Part shown: positions 1 to 12,710 of the stretch, piece after piece
How the letters are laid out: each line of letters opens with the position of its first letter
How positions within the stretch are numbered: the first letter of the stretch is position 1
Origin: Vicugna vicugna
Taxonomy: Eukaryota
Length of the DNA stretch: 64,000 bases
Assembly (NCBI GenBank): GCA_013265495.1
Contig: MU058384.1
Location: 1,179,690-1,243,689 of the forward strand
Reading direction: 5' to 3'
Translations under genes and position numbers: made by a program
The notes under the pieces: generated by a model
The model's database searches: none
What the model saw: the letters and a program-made list of their open reading frames with translations, nothing else
What the model was told of the DNA's origin: nothing

Positions 1-467
1 TAAAACATACATGCAGCATATATGCCAATTTGACATAATATTGAGGATCAATGTTTGATTTGGAGTTCAGTTATGTACAAGTGAAAGAATAGTTAGATTC
101 AGGGGATACAAATGCTTAACCATGAGACCCACAGACTTCCTTCCTTGTACCAGCACAGGGGAAGGAAGGTATGTGGTAGGAGGTGGTAAATAAGTACTGA
201 ACTTACTCCCAAGGAATTCTCTTGTTAGGAACATAAGAATATGTATGGAAAAAAGGATAACATCATTTAGAGCATATCAAAGAGCTTTTGATGAGAAAAT
301 GTAAACTGCATAGGATGCGAAAGCATGAGAGAGACTGCCATCTCAATAAACACTTTGGCAGCACAAGTTTCTAAGAACTGCACGATAGTTCATTATATTG
401 ATCGATACACCATGGTTTGATAAGTCAATTCCTCTTTGAGGCTATTTTGGTTGCTTTCCTTCTATTA

Positions 468-684
468 CAGAGCTTCTCAGCTTCAACACCATTGATATTT
501 TGTGCTAGATAATCCTTTAATGTGGGGGACTGTCCTGTGCATTGCAGGAGGTTCAGCAGCATTGCTGGCCTTGACCCACGAGGTGTCAAGAGCACATTCC
601 CTTCCCTCAGTGGTGAACAAAATATCTCCAAAAATTGCCAAATGTCTCCTCGGGGGCAGAATCATCTCTTGTTGAGAAACACTG
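468..684 (-). mobile_element. MER20 (hAT-Charlie non-autonomous DNA transposon), full length
   Basis: Reverse complement follows the MER20 consensus as recalled (CAGTGTTTCTCAAC...GACATTTGGCAAT...CAATGCACAGGACAG...GAGAAGCTCTG). Terminal inverted repeats are present, with a degenerate ctatta flank on both sides. Confidence 0.93.
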
Positions 685-699
685 CCTATTAAAAACACA

Positions 700-992
700 C
701 TTTAATTGTTTCTCCGATTATAAAAGTAATAAAAATTTAATGAAAATATTACTTAAAATATAGAAAAATAAAATAAAGTGAAAATCATAGCATTTTATTT
801 TACTTGGACATAGTCACTTAAAACATCTGGTTACATTTCAGGACATTTTATTCTTGTCTGATGCTAAATTTAAATTTATTATGTCATTTGGCATCCTGTA
901 AATTTCATTCAATATTCTTATGAGCATTTCTTCATGCTAAATATTCTTTAAAAATGTGCTTTTGAATGGCTACGCAGTGTCCAACTGCATGG
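700..992 (-). mobile_element. Old L1 (L1ME-like) 3' UTR fragment
   Basis: 'gattataaaagtaata...aatatagaaaa' and 'tgaatggctacgcagtgtcc' resemble antisense L1ME 3' ends. Confidence 0.5.
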
Positions 993-1349
993 TAGAGTTC
1001 TTTTTTTCTTTTTTATTTTCTTTTTTTAATTGTTTTTTCAATTTAGGGGCACTCTTCTGAGACCAAGTCAAACTTTAGGTTCTTCGGCATAATGAGCTCT
1101 TTGTCTAATAAGAAAATGATTCTGAACAAAGGCCTTTTTATCATTTTGTTTCGTAAAGAGCATATGGAGTCAACCAACTGGTCCTGTAGTGATTCAATAT
1201 ATATTTAGCCTTTTAATTTTCTGATTTTTGGTACTCTCCAGTTAGGTTAATTTCATGTTAAGATGTATCAAATCCAAAGATACCTAGAGTTTTATTTAAC
1301 TAATGGAACAATTGATATGAGCTTAAAAATAATTGTGAAATAGCTTTTA

Positions 1350-1720
1350 CATATTTATGACACTGCACTAAACACTGGATTTAAAGATTTGTCAGACAAT
1401 TTAATCCTATTGCTATGGTGCTTAAAAAAATATGCACAGACATGCACAGAAGTCACTACAATGTATAATGTAATGTGAACAAGAACCAAGAAAGATATAC
1501 AAGATACAACGGAAATTTAGAAGAAGGAAAGAGTACAGTGGGGGAGACCAGGACAGGCCCGGATGAGGGAGCAGTATTTATGGACCTTAAAGAATAAACA
1601 GAATTCTGACAGGCTGAGCAAGGTAAGGAAGGGGGGAGCACTCCTGAAAGAAGAAATGTTTTGAACATGGAAGTACATGGAACTAAGTGGTAAGATTGGA
1701 GGGCAGTGGAAAGGCCTGGG
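1350..1720 (-). mobile_element. L2 fragment
   Basis: Purine-rich pattern typical of antisense L2 3' region; highly decayed. Confidence 0.5.
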
Positions 1721-1792
1721 TGAAGGAAGAAGGAGCAGAAAAGCAAGGGAGAGAAGGGAAAGAGAAAGAGCAGAAGTTAATGAAAACCAATC

Positions 1793-1962
1793 TTGCCAGG
1801 TACTGAGCTACAGCTCAGTTTCACTTTCATGATTTCAGTATTCACATCTTCATGATTAAAATGAGAAGGCCAAGGCACAGAGTCACCCAGCTTTTAAATG
1901 ACAGAAATGGCTACACAGTTCACAAATGGTAGAGATGAGATTAAAGCAGAGGATTTACTCCA
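1793..1962 (-). mobile_element. MIR SINE
   Basis: 'tgccaggtactgagcta...aatgagaaggccaaggcacagag...aaatggtagagatgagatt' matches antisense MIR core. Confidence 0.65.
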
Positions 1963-2129
1963 GTTGTTTTTAGATTAGACTTTGCTACATTTAAAATGTC
2001 ATATATTCTAAAACTTACATTCAATTCAAATAAATCTAAAAATCCTCTTTCTCAAGTTTTCCTCTTAAGCTAAATCCATCACTGTCCAATACGCTGGACA
2101 CCTACTTGGTTGGCTCCACCATGATGCGA

Positions 2130-2275
2130 TCTTGTATGTATACACATGTCTGCCTACTTTCCTCAACCCACTCCTTGCAATATGGTAAGTTTCTTGAGAG
2201 TCAAGAAAATATCTTCATCATCTCTACAGCTTCAATGCCAAGAAAAGAGCAAATGTCCCAAAATATTCACTGATA
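2130..2275 (+). mobile_element. L2 3' end
   Basis: 'gtaagtttcttgagagtcaagaaaatatcttc...aaatattcactga' follows the L2 terminal pattern. Confidence 0.55.
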
Positions 2276-3734
2276 AGACAAAACAGAATCCAAACAGGGT
2301 TACTGAGACTAGCATTTCTTCCTTCCCCAAAATTGTTGTCAATATGCCTCTCTTTCAAAGTAATTATTAAAACTGAGCAAATGTCTTTATCTAGTTCTTG
2401 ACTCCACATACGTCCCTGGGATCCCAGCTTGTTAGAGGCTCTAAAATACTACAAAGAAAACACTGCTGATAGCATGTTGCATGTGGGAGTGAGGGTGTTA
2501 AGTCTGCTTTAAATGTTAGGCTTAAAATCAGATTGGTTTTTGTACTAATAGTGTAATTTCCAGGTATTTGTTTTAATAACAAACAGTACTTGAAATGACT
2601 GCTATTCAGCAGTAAGTTTATAGCTAATTAGAGGAGAGTCTCAGTGATGTTCGCTAATGAGAGGAAGAGCTATTACTGATCAGAGTACGAAAGTTTTCAA
2701 GGATAACATCGTAAAATGCAGTTTGCTTAGTTCTGTAAATATATGTTGTTTACTTTATTTACAACAGCCCATAGATGACTCAAGTGCATAATACGCTGGT
2801 ATATTAGGTGAAATAAAAATCTCACTAACGTGAGCCCTCACCAAAGTGCTCTATCTGCTATTAAACTTTTATTAAGACCAGAGATAAAACAATCCTCTTT
2901 GGAGTAGGAATTAGAGTGCCTGCTGATGATCACTGAAGTGAGTAAGGAAGAGACAATAAGAGAGAAAGCCACGTTCTCAAGGAAACACCGACTGGTCATG
3001 CCCATTGTGCTCTGACCTTACCCTTCCCATTCCCAGGGGTACTTCAGGTCACTTCACATCAATGGATAACAGAACAGCTAAATGTCCTGGAGTGAGTGCC
3101 ACAGTGTGTGAAGATACAAAGGCCACTCTTGGGATGGGTGTCTGAATGTAGGTTTTGTTAGGATAGAACGCAGCCTCAGAGCCAGAGAGCCAAGTGAAGC
3201 ACTCCTCGGCAAGATGTGAGCTTCAAAGAAAGCTACCATCTCGTCTGTAGCTTTCGTGGGGCTGGGAATGGTGTAGATAAAGGTCAGCATGTTGGGGAAG
3301 AGCCTAAACTAGATGAGCTACTTAAGGAGGACCTGGAAAGTGGGAAGGTGAAAGAAAGGAGATATTTTTATAATTAAAATGCATAGCTTCAGCAGTAATC
3401 AAAACAAAGAGAGGCATTTCAATGGAGTAATTGTTCTCACTCCAGTGGTTCAGTTTCTCTTTTACTGGGAGTGATCTGACTGAATCAGTCAGTTGTTCTA
3501 GCTTTGAAAAGACAAAGATATGTTCAAGTGTCTCACCAAAACATTCCTATGACAGCTTAAAGTGGACATACAATTAGAATGTTTGCTTTTCTATATAATA
3601 CTTTTATTTAAGTATTTCTTATATAGCTTATGTCAAAAACAGCATAATTGCTAAAAATCAAGACCATCTAAGAATGGGCCATCAGCTCAGCCCAGAAACA
3701 ACAGCCTGCACGGCCAGGCCAAACAGAGGTAAAA

Positions 3735-3868
3735 AGCACAAACCTTGAAATTGAACAGTCCTGAGCTTAATTAAGACTTGACATTGTCACCAACTGGCCG
3801 TGATTTTCAGCAAGTTACCAAGGGTCTCTACCCTGCAGACTTCTCATCTACATGTCTGGGATAATACT
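3735..3868 (+). mobile_element. MIR SINE
   Basis: 'gtgattttcagcaagttac...ctctac...cttctcatctac...gggataatac' matches MIR core. Confidence 0.65.
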
Positions 3869-3887
3869 ATGGACAGCTAGGTATTGT

Positions 3888-4158
3888 TTGTCTGAGTCCA
3901 TTCAGACTGTTATAACAAAATACCATAGACTGGGTGGCTTATATACACTGAAATTTATTTCTCACAGTTCTGTAGGCTGGAAGTCCAAGATCAAGGTGGC
4001 GTCAGATTCAGTGTCTGGTGGGGGCTCACTTCCCTCATGGGGGAATGCCTTCTCATTGTGACCTCACATGGCAGAAAGGGTGCGAAGGCTTTCTGGGGCC
4101 TCTTTTATAAGGGCACTAATCCCATTCATGAGGGCTCTAATCATGACCGAGTCACCTC
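3888..4158 (-). mobile_element. MLT1A-like MaLR LTR (partial)
   Basis: 'tataacaaaataccatagactgggtggctta...ttctcacagttctgtaggctggaagtccaagatcaagg...cttttataagggcactaatcccattcatgaggg'. Confidence 0.9.
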
Positions 4159-4289
4159 TGTCATGAAGGATGGGAATAGGAATGAGTAATACTCTTGACA
4201 GAATACCGGCGCTGTCCCTGACGACCTTGCTGTCATTTATTTCATTTATCCATATGCTATAATTACCCAATACATTATTACTATTACTA

Positions 4290-6210
4290 CTTTTAATAAT
4301 TATTAGTTTAAGAATAAGAAAAATAAAATATTTATCTTTCCTTCATTTATTTCTTCTCCAATGTCCTTTATTTCTTTATTTAATAAAATTTTCTGGTCAT
4401 ATCATTTAATTCCTTCTCCCTGAAGAATTTCAGTGCAGAACTGCTGCACTGAAATTCCTTGAATTATATTACTTGAGAAAATCTTTATCTTTCCTTCATT
4501 CTGAAAGTTAGCTTCTCTGGATGTAGAATTCTAGATTAGTAGGATTTTTTTTTCCTTTTCCACTACCTTCAATACTTTTCCTGCTTGCATGATTTCTTAT
4601 GAGAAGAACACTGTAATTCTTATCCTTATTCCACTGTTTGCAAGGTGTTTCACCCTACTCTGCATTCCTTCAAAACTTCCTCTTTGTGTTTGGTTTTTGC
4701 ACTTTGAATGTGATATGCCTAGGTGTCAAATTTTTGGTATTTACCCTGTGTGGTGTTTCCCGGGACTCCTGGGTCTATGGCTTGGTGTCTGTCATTAATT
4801 TTGGAAAATTCTCAGCCATTATTATATCAAATATTTCTTATGCTCCTTTCTTCCTTCTAATTCTGGCATTTCAAGTATGCATATGTTACAAGTTTTGAAA
4901 TGGCCCCAGTTTTTGGATATTCTGTTCTGTTTTTCCATTCCTTTTTTCTGTTTGAATTTTGTTTTATTCAGTCTACTGATGAGCCATCAAAGGGATTCTT
5001 CATTTCTGTTACAGGATTTTTAATTTTTAACACTTTTAAAAATTTCTTCTTAGAGTTTCTATCTCTTTGCTTGTATTACCCATCTGTTCCTGCGTGTCGT
5101 CTCTTTTTCTATTAGAGTCCTTAATGTAGTATTCATACTATTTTAAATCTGTATCTGATAATTCTAAAATCTGTTTCTTAATCTGGTGCTGATGCTTGCT
5201 CTGTCTTTTCACACTGTGAATTTTGGTATTTCTTCACTTGTTTTTGTTTTGTTTAGTGTCTTTTAAGTCGTCTTGTAATTTTTGTTGACATCTAGACATG
5301 GGCTTGATACACTGGGTAATAGTATCTCAAGTACATAGGCCTTTAGTGTAAGGTTTTATGTTACTATGGCTAGGAGTTGTGTTGTTTAGTATCTGCCATA
5401 CCTGTAGGGGCCAGAGGCCTCAAGGTCATCTAGTATCCTTGTTTTTGTCTCTTCTTTGCCATTGGAGCTTCTGTTTGTACTGCTCCTCAGACAGGATCCA
5501 TTTCTTGCAGCTCCTTCCATGAGAATCCATTGTTATTTACTGTAGCCTGCTGTTGGGAGGGAAACTTTCTATCATCTTATGATTACATACCATTTCTTTA
5601 GTGGCTCTGTGTCCCTGTGCTGTTACCTTAACACACACTTTAGCATTTTTTTTAACCCCTATTTGAGATTTAAAAAAAAAAAAAGACTGGAGAAGGCTGG
5701 AATCCAAGAAATGACCCACAGGTGGGTGGGATAAGGCTCTGGTAAAGCATTTCCTCGGGTAGGAAGCCTCTGCTATGAAGAATGCTCTGGGCTTATTTTA
5801 CAATGGTTACTTTTCCCCTCCCCCTGCCAGAGCCATGGAGGGATCTTTCTTGGCCCTTTACCTTGAGAACCTAGTGATGTTCCTGGAAGTAAAAGCCAGG
5901 AAGGTGTGGGTCTCAGGAGTTTCTTCTCTCAGATTAGTTCACATTCAGCCTCCACAATTTATCAAGATTAGTCTGTCTTCCTACCAGTTTATGATTCCAG
6001 CGTATCTTGCTCCAGGTAAGAGATGTCAGCCCTCATTTTTTATATTCACCTAACTCTCCAGATTTATGGCGGAAATTTGCCCTATAACCCCAGTCATCTA
6101 AAAGTCCAAGAAATGCCACTGATTTTCAGTTTGTGCATCCTTTTTCTGGTTGTAAAGATAGGGGTGATGACTACCAAGATGTTTACATGGTGAAGCTGAA
6201 GACAGAAGTG
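4290..6210 (-). mobile_element. L1M 5' region / ORF1 remnant (L1MCa/L1MD-like)
   Basis: T-rich antisense L1 with 'gatgtagaattctag', 'ctgtaattcttatcc', 'ttgaatgtgatatgcctaggtgt' and 'ttggaaaattctcagccattatt'. Confidence 0.85.
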
Positions 6211-6224
6211 TCTAACTTTCATTT

Positions 6225-7250
6225 ATTATTTTATTCAACAACAGTGAAGCATCTGATAAAGCTGACCACATTTCCCTTTTGAGATTTTCTTCTCTCCTGT
6301 CTTCCTTGTCAGCAGTCACTACCATTTTCCTCTTCCCTCTCCAATAGCTCATTCTTGGTTGTTTTTCTTTCTAATACTAGGTTCTCAGTTACTGTCACCC
6401 AATACATTCTCAATGAGCTTGGCTTTAGCACCATGAATATGATGCAGAATTCCCAATCTGCATCATCATCTCATATGATTCCCCAGAACCTTATTTTTCA
6501 TTTGCTAATTGGGCTTCTTCTAATGGTGGTATCAAACAACCTTCAGAAAAAAGAGGTCAAAAATTGAACTCATAAACTTACCCCCTTTTCTATTTGCCTT
6601 CTCCATTTCCTATCTTGATGGATAGCACAGCCATTCATCAAATAACCAAATAAGTAAACCTGAACCATTAATCCCTCTCAACTGACGTTTTAAATTTATT
6701 CCCTTCTTTGAATTATGACTTCTCCATATCTACTGGCATAGAGTTTGTTCAGTCCTTCACCATTTTCATTATTTCTCACCCAGACTATGGAAATAGGTCC
6801 TAAATAATCTCTAATGTCCAATCTAATGTTTATACCTCCAAAATACTACAAAATGGAGCTTTCAAACATATAATCTAACTATATTTTTCTGCTTAAAATT
6901 TTCCTTGGCTTTGAAAACCTGTAACATAAAGTGAACATTCTTAAACACGGTAATCAAGGCCTTTAACTTTACATCCTGGCCTAACTCCCTAGTCTCACCT
7001 TTCTTTATTTTTCTAAATAAAAGATTTGCTTCCATCATTTTGAACTAATCAAAAGTCACCCAACTATAATATATTCTTACACATTTTCCTTTTTGTCTAT
7101 TATTAATGCTCTCCCCATAACTTTTTGCTTAAATAATTCTTCTTGAACTTTCAAGGCCAAGTTCAAACACTACCTCCTGTTTGTAAGTCTTCCTCTGTCC
7201 CTTCCCCACAACATCCTTCCTGTCGTTCTCACATTAACTTAGTGACTGTC
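6225..7250 (+). mobile_element. L2 LINE (RT-to-3' region, decayed)
   Basis: Pyrimidine-rich L2 hallmarks 'gctgaccac', 'ttcccaatctgcatc', 'atttctcacccagactat' and 'ttcaaggccaagttcaaacactacctcct'. Confidence 0.8.
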
Positions 7251-7269
7251 TTCTACCTTTAGACTTCAA

Positions 7270-7535
7270 ACATAGCCTGAAAGAGTATGATATCCTGGAT
7301 TGGATCCTCAAACAGAAAAAAAGAGGGGGGGACTGGTAAAGTTGGAATAAAACCTACAGTTTAGTTAATAGCAATGCACTGATGTGTATTTCTTAGTTTA
7401 GACAAATGCATCCCAGAAATATAAGATAGTAGTATTTGAGGACTCTTACACCTAAAATTGATGGGAGATATGTAAGAACTCTGGACTATCTTAGTATATC
7501 TAACCATACTCAAAAATAAAATATTTATTTAAAAC
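7270..7535 (+). mobile_element. L1MC/L1MD 3' end
   Basis: 'atcctggattggatcct...aacagaaaaa...gtttagttaatag...gaactct...aaaataaaa'. Confidence 0.8.
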
Positions 7536-7569
7536 TTCACACACAAGACAAAAGTCTTGCATTTAATCC

Positions 7570-7785
7570 TCTCACAGCAATTCCTGTACTACTTGAGTGA
7601 CCTGAGCTATAACACTGATCTCACTGCCCTAGCCTCAGCTTACTTGTCTATAAAATTGGGTTAATGCTAGCACTCATCTCTGATACTTTTTTGTGGGGAC
7701 TAAATCAGAAGAGCCACGTGAAGGACTTAGCACAGGATCTCCAACCCACTAAGCACTTTGCTTAGCATTAGCTATTATTATTATT
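7570..7785 (+). mobile_element. MIR SINE
   Basis: 'gtgacctgagc...gcctcag...tctataaaattgggttaat...cttagcacag...attagctattatta'. Confidence 0.75.
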
Positions 7786-7804
7786 GACAAAATAATTGAT
7801 TTTT

Positions 7805-7900
7805 TTCCTATCTCCCACTGGACTCTGAACTCCCAAATTGCCTAGCATGGTATCTGTCAAACAAAACATACTCAGCAAATATTTGTGGAACAAATATTGA
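7805..7900 (+). mobile_element. L2 3' end
   Basis: 'cccactggactctgaactcc...gcctagcatgg...ctcagcaaatatttgtggaa'. Confidence 0.7.
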
Positions 7901-8709
7901 AAGAAAGTATAGATTTTAATATTTTCCTCTTCTCTCTCTAGATATGCATCTCATAACATGACAGAAATAAATCCCCTGCTGGTCGGTTTACTTCAGTGAT
8001 CAGAATTCACTACAATATCACTATCGCTTGCTCTCCCACTGAACCCTTCTCCACCTCAGACCTTGAAAGAAACTGCATTTCATCTACCATCCTGGAACTC
8101 CTGCCCTCTATTTATACTACTGTACAAAAGAAATCTGAACTGCAGAAGGATATTTTTCCTGCCAACACATCTTTTGGAAGTAAAAAACTCTCCTTTTATT
8201 GAACTTCTAGCTTTATGGTCAATGAGAATTCTCAATTTGCCCCTAGATAGAAATTTTTTCTTAATGTTGGACAGTCTTCAGAATTAAAATGGATCAGTTG
8301 TCATTGTGAAGTATCTAGTCAATCTGGAGTCATAAAATTCGCAAAGCAGAATTTTTTTAACCACTCAGGATTAATTCAATAAAGTCATTGAATTTCAAGG
8401 TAAAAAGATACTTAAATTATGCATAATCTGAATGTTGAATTACTTACCTGAGAACACACAAGAAATGATTGCTTTCAATGACACTGTTTCTTTTATTGTC
8501 TCATATCCCCTGCATATGCTGGGTGATCAAGCCTATATTCTATTTTTTCTATTTCCTATTCATTTTTAATATATCAGAATGAGCAGCATGCCTCCTGGGG
8601 AAAATCCTGATGTGCATCTACATGCACACACACATGTACGCACACTATAACCATGCACATACTCACAAACAAACCAGATTTGGTGCTGTTTTTCCATGGC
8701 ATCGGGTCC

Positions 8710-8895
8710 TCCTTCATCAAGGCACTTACTACTCTTATTTCAATTTTATTTATGTTTGTCTTATGTGCTAGACTTTAAACTCCATGGTCATAAAATCATG
8801 TCTATTCGTTTTGTTTTTTTTTAATTTATGTCTAGTTCTAAGTACAGTAAGAATTGCTTAATTCAACACTGTTGAATTATCAATAAATGAATAAA
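8710..8895 (+). mobile_element. L2 3' end
   Basis: 'ctagactttaaactccatg...ctgttgaattatcaataaatgaataaa'. Confidence 0.65.
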
Positions 8896-9814
8896 AAAGA
8901 ATTTTTAAAATCTTAGTAACCCTGAATACCAGGTCCCAGATCTGCTGTTACTTAGGAGTTCAAGTTGACTTTAGAGAAGTGGGTATTTGTATTTTTCTTT
9001 ATATGTTTCATAGTCTAAAAGACAAGCATATACAAACACAGCCAAGAATCTGCCACCCCCCTCCCTTTTCTCATGCCAATTCATCTTAGGCACTTGGTCC
9101 AGATTGCAGGAAAATGTTGGGCATAGACCTTTTCTTTCACTGAAGTAATTCTACAAACTTATATAATCAAAAGATATTATCATTTGAAAAGTTGCTGTGG
9201 CAAAGATTAGCTACTTCCTTTTGTTATCCCTATTCAGAGAACCAAAATTTAGAAATAATTTATTTCCAGAATGTATTTTATCCATAAGAATCACAGGAAA
9301 GTGGAGAAGCACTTTCTTCAAATATCTTTAAATAAATAAAACAAAATACAATATTCTCAGTAAACAACACTATGTTAAAGTACTGTATAGTAATTTGCCT
9401 TAGAAATACTGTGATGGAAACAGTTTTTTGTTTTTTTTTTTTAATATGTGCCTGCATAGGAGAAATGCTGCTCTAAGGATTTCATGCTGAATGGGCTTTG
9501 TGTGATTGCAGGATTTTCCAAAGCTTGCTATAGTTTGTGGTTCTTTCTCTTCTTGACTGTCTCATTATCCTCATATATTGGCCAAAATTTTTAACCACAT
9601 TCCTAAATGTCACCCACCAGTACAGTCAGACATATGTATATAAACAATAGACATTAAACTTCTGGTGGTATCACAGAAGAAACATTTCCTGCAACTCACT
9701 AGCAGTGATGACAAGGTAAAGCCATGGGGCTCCTGTATATCTTTCTTCCAAAGTAAATAACCTCAATTGTATGTTGAGACGATAAATTAGTCCTGAGTTT
9801 CTCCAGCATTCTGA

Positions 9815-9982
9815 CACATTTCTACAAGCATTTATTATACTGCAAAGTAATTATTCATATATGGACTGATTTCACAGCTGGATTAGAACTCCTTGCATGT
9901 ATCACATCTGCCTACATATCTCCAGGTTCTAGAACAATGCTCAGAACAAAACATATTTTCAGTAAATGCTTCTTGAATAACT
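9815..9982 (+). mobile_element. L2 3' end
   Basis: 'ctggattagaactccttg...ctagaacaatgctc...tcagtaaatgcttcttgaat'. Confidence 0.65.
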
Positions 9983-10839
9983 GGGTATTATAATTCTAAT
10001 AACGTCTCAACTATTATACTAATTTTGAAACAATAGCCTATCATAATTAATTTCTGTGGTTCACTATAGCCCACAATTTAATATTTCTTAATGATCAATT
10101 ACCTTGCACCTTTCATTTTTGCAAGCCTTTCCTTCTTGAACTGCCTACTCTCTGTGTGCTGCCTTTTGCTTTGTGTAAGGTAAGTAGGTATGTGAAACCA
10201 AGAACAGATTGTTGGATCAGATAAATTCAGTGCTTCTTTTTTAGGGTATAAATTGAAAATAATTTCATAATAAAATTAGCATCTTTTCCCAACTTGATAT
10301 AAATTTTTCTGAAAATCTCATTAAATGAAGAAAGTAAGATAGCAAAGATCCCTTTAGAAAAAAGAAGTAAAAATACTAAGATAATCAAGATTAAGGATTT
10401 TTTTTTTCTAATCTCAAACTAATCACTTTCTAATCCAAGAAAATTATCATCTTACTTTTCTTTACCTTTTTCTCCCCAATCGTGGGCTAATCAGAAAGAA
10501 GTAAATATATTATTTCTAATTCTCTTTCCTTTACCTTCTCCACAAATCCCTCTATAAATTTACCACCTTCAGCCTTCTTTTATTATGCTTCTATAGTATC
10601 TGTCTTAACAATTGCCTGAATTAAGCTCTCATGTTTATGTAAACAATTAATGAAATCTCCAGCCCTGACATTTCTTACTTGAAGTCCAGTACAAGATTTT
10701 TCTGTACCTGCTGGACACTTTCTGTAGTCCTTCGGAAAATTCAAGTCTGTTATTTTCAAATTAGAGCTCGCCATTTTTCATCTGAAGTCTTTTCTAACAT
10801 CAAAAAAATTATAAGAACATTCCCTAAATTTATAGTGCA

Positions 10840-10900
10840 GTGCACACATGCGCAAGTGCACACACACACGTGTGCACACACACACACACACACACACACA
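10840..10900 (+). repeat. (CA)n microsatellite, interrupted at its 5' end
   Basis: Directly visible CA run. Confidence 0.95.
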
Positions 10901-11154
10901 ATTCTGGAGTGAAATCATGATTTTCCAACTAAATATATTTCACATTTAAATAGACCACTAATTCTTATGTAAGTAGTGACCTAGAATACTAAATATAAGA
11001 AACATCTCAAAACATACAGCTTAAATACAAAAAAAGAGAACTCATGACCATATATTTGTATATACACATACACATATATATATTCACATACATACACATA
11101 TACACACAGAGAGACAGACAGACATCCTGAAGAAATAAAATTCAAATAAGAGTT

Positions 11155-11340
11155 CAATTATTCATTTATGCAACAAATAATTTTTGAATATCTGTTATAC
11201 GTGAGGAAATTTTCTGAAGTTTGGAATCAGTGAACAAGACAATAATTCTTGCCCCTTTGGATGTTATATGTTAGAAGGAGAAACAGACAAGAAACAGTAA
11301 ACATAATAATGACTATAGTATGTTAGTAGGGATGGATGAG
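11155..11340 (-). mobile_element. L2 3' end (antisense)
   Basis: 'ttcatttatgcaacaaataattttgaatatct...cagtgaacaagaca...cttgccc...ggagaaacagacaa'. Confidence 0.75.
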
Positions 11341-11679
11341 AGAAATCCTGAAGGTTGTATGATTTTGGAGAACCTTTTTAAGAAAAAGTATTCAAGTTGG
11401 TGGCTCCTCCTCTTTTGCTTCTTATCCTTGTCTATCCCAAAAAATTTAGTCTAAAAACACTAGGTAGACCTGAACAAGGTAAGTAACCATGCACAGTGAC
11501 AGTGGGGTATATACCAAAAGCAAGGTCATAACTAGCACATAATCTTAGTCTCTTGGACCTTTCTCTGCTATAAAGGAAAGGACTACTCAAAGAAATGACT
11601 GGTCCAAGGCTGAGGCAGGGTAAAAATAGGAAATTAATCCAAAACACTTTATTGTCCAAGAAACAAAACAAAATTTTAA

Positions 11680-12710
11680 AGAATAATGATGACTCAGAAA
11701 GGGTAAAAAGAAGTCAGTGAAAAGGGGTATCACTGGCAAAAATTGGACAATTTAAGCATCAAATCAATAATGATAATAAATTAATGTAACCAACTGCATA
11801 AAATAAGAAACCATTAATACATATAGGTATAAATAAACAAATTGATACATTGAAATATTAAGTAGGAATGAATCAAATTATCTCCTGGAAAAGTGCTTAT
11901 TAATTATAAAGAGAAAACATTAACTTTTCAATGAAGGAGCCTTGTAAACGCCAACTTAAGTGGTCAACCTCAATATCATCAGTAATGAGATAAAGCATAA
12001 TTATGTTCATATGACAAGATCCAATGAGAATATTATCACTACTGTAACATTGCTGCCAAGAACTCTTAATTTAGGAGTTTGAGATTTGCAAATGTTAGTC
12101 ACTATATATAAAAATAGATAGAAAATCAAATTTCTTCTGTATAGCATATGAAACTATATTCAATATCTTGTAATAACCTTTAGTGAAAAAGAATATATGT
12201 ATGTATATGCATGACTGTGACATTGTGCTATACACCAGAAACTGACACATTGTAATTGACTATACTTCAATGAAAAAAAAAATTAGACAAACCAAATTGA
12301 GGAACATTCTACAAACTGAATGGCCTATAATCTTCAAAAGTGTCAAGATACTAAAAGTTAAAAAAAAAATTAAACACATTTGTTTTAAAAAGATGAGCCA
12401 CGATCCAGGCTGAAGGAGATTGAAGGACACATGACAAATAAATGAAATGTGATCCTGTAAAGACAGGGAAAATTTGAAGAGTGTGAAGATTCAGTGGTAG
12501 CAATGCATTGATGTTAATTTCTTGATTTTGATCTTTGAATAGTGACTATATAGGAGAATATCTTCATATATAACAAATATACATTAAAATATTGGCGAGT
12601 AATATAGCATAATGTCAGCAATTCAAGCAAGTTAAGAAAAAATAAGTTCTTATGCTCTACTTGCAACATTTTGTATATTTGAGACTTTTTTCAAAAGAAA
12701 ATTTTTAAAT
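11680..12710 (+). mobile_element. L1MC3/L1MC4-type 3' UTR, interrupted by a younger L1 at 12073-12282
   Basis: 'ggacaatttaagcatcaaat', 'aatatcatcagtaatg', 'agacaaaccaaattgaggaacattctacaa' and 'gttaatttcttgattttgat'. Confidence 0.85.
12073..12282 (+). mobile_element. Young lineage-specific L1 3' end (camelid-like) with poly(A)
   Basis: 'ggagtttgagatttgcaaatg...ttcttctgtatagca...gaaaaagaatat...acaccagaaa.tgacacattgtaa.tgactatacttcaa' plus A tail; same family as 39508-40156. Confidence 0.85.
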
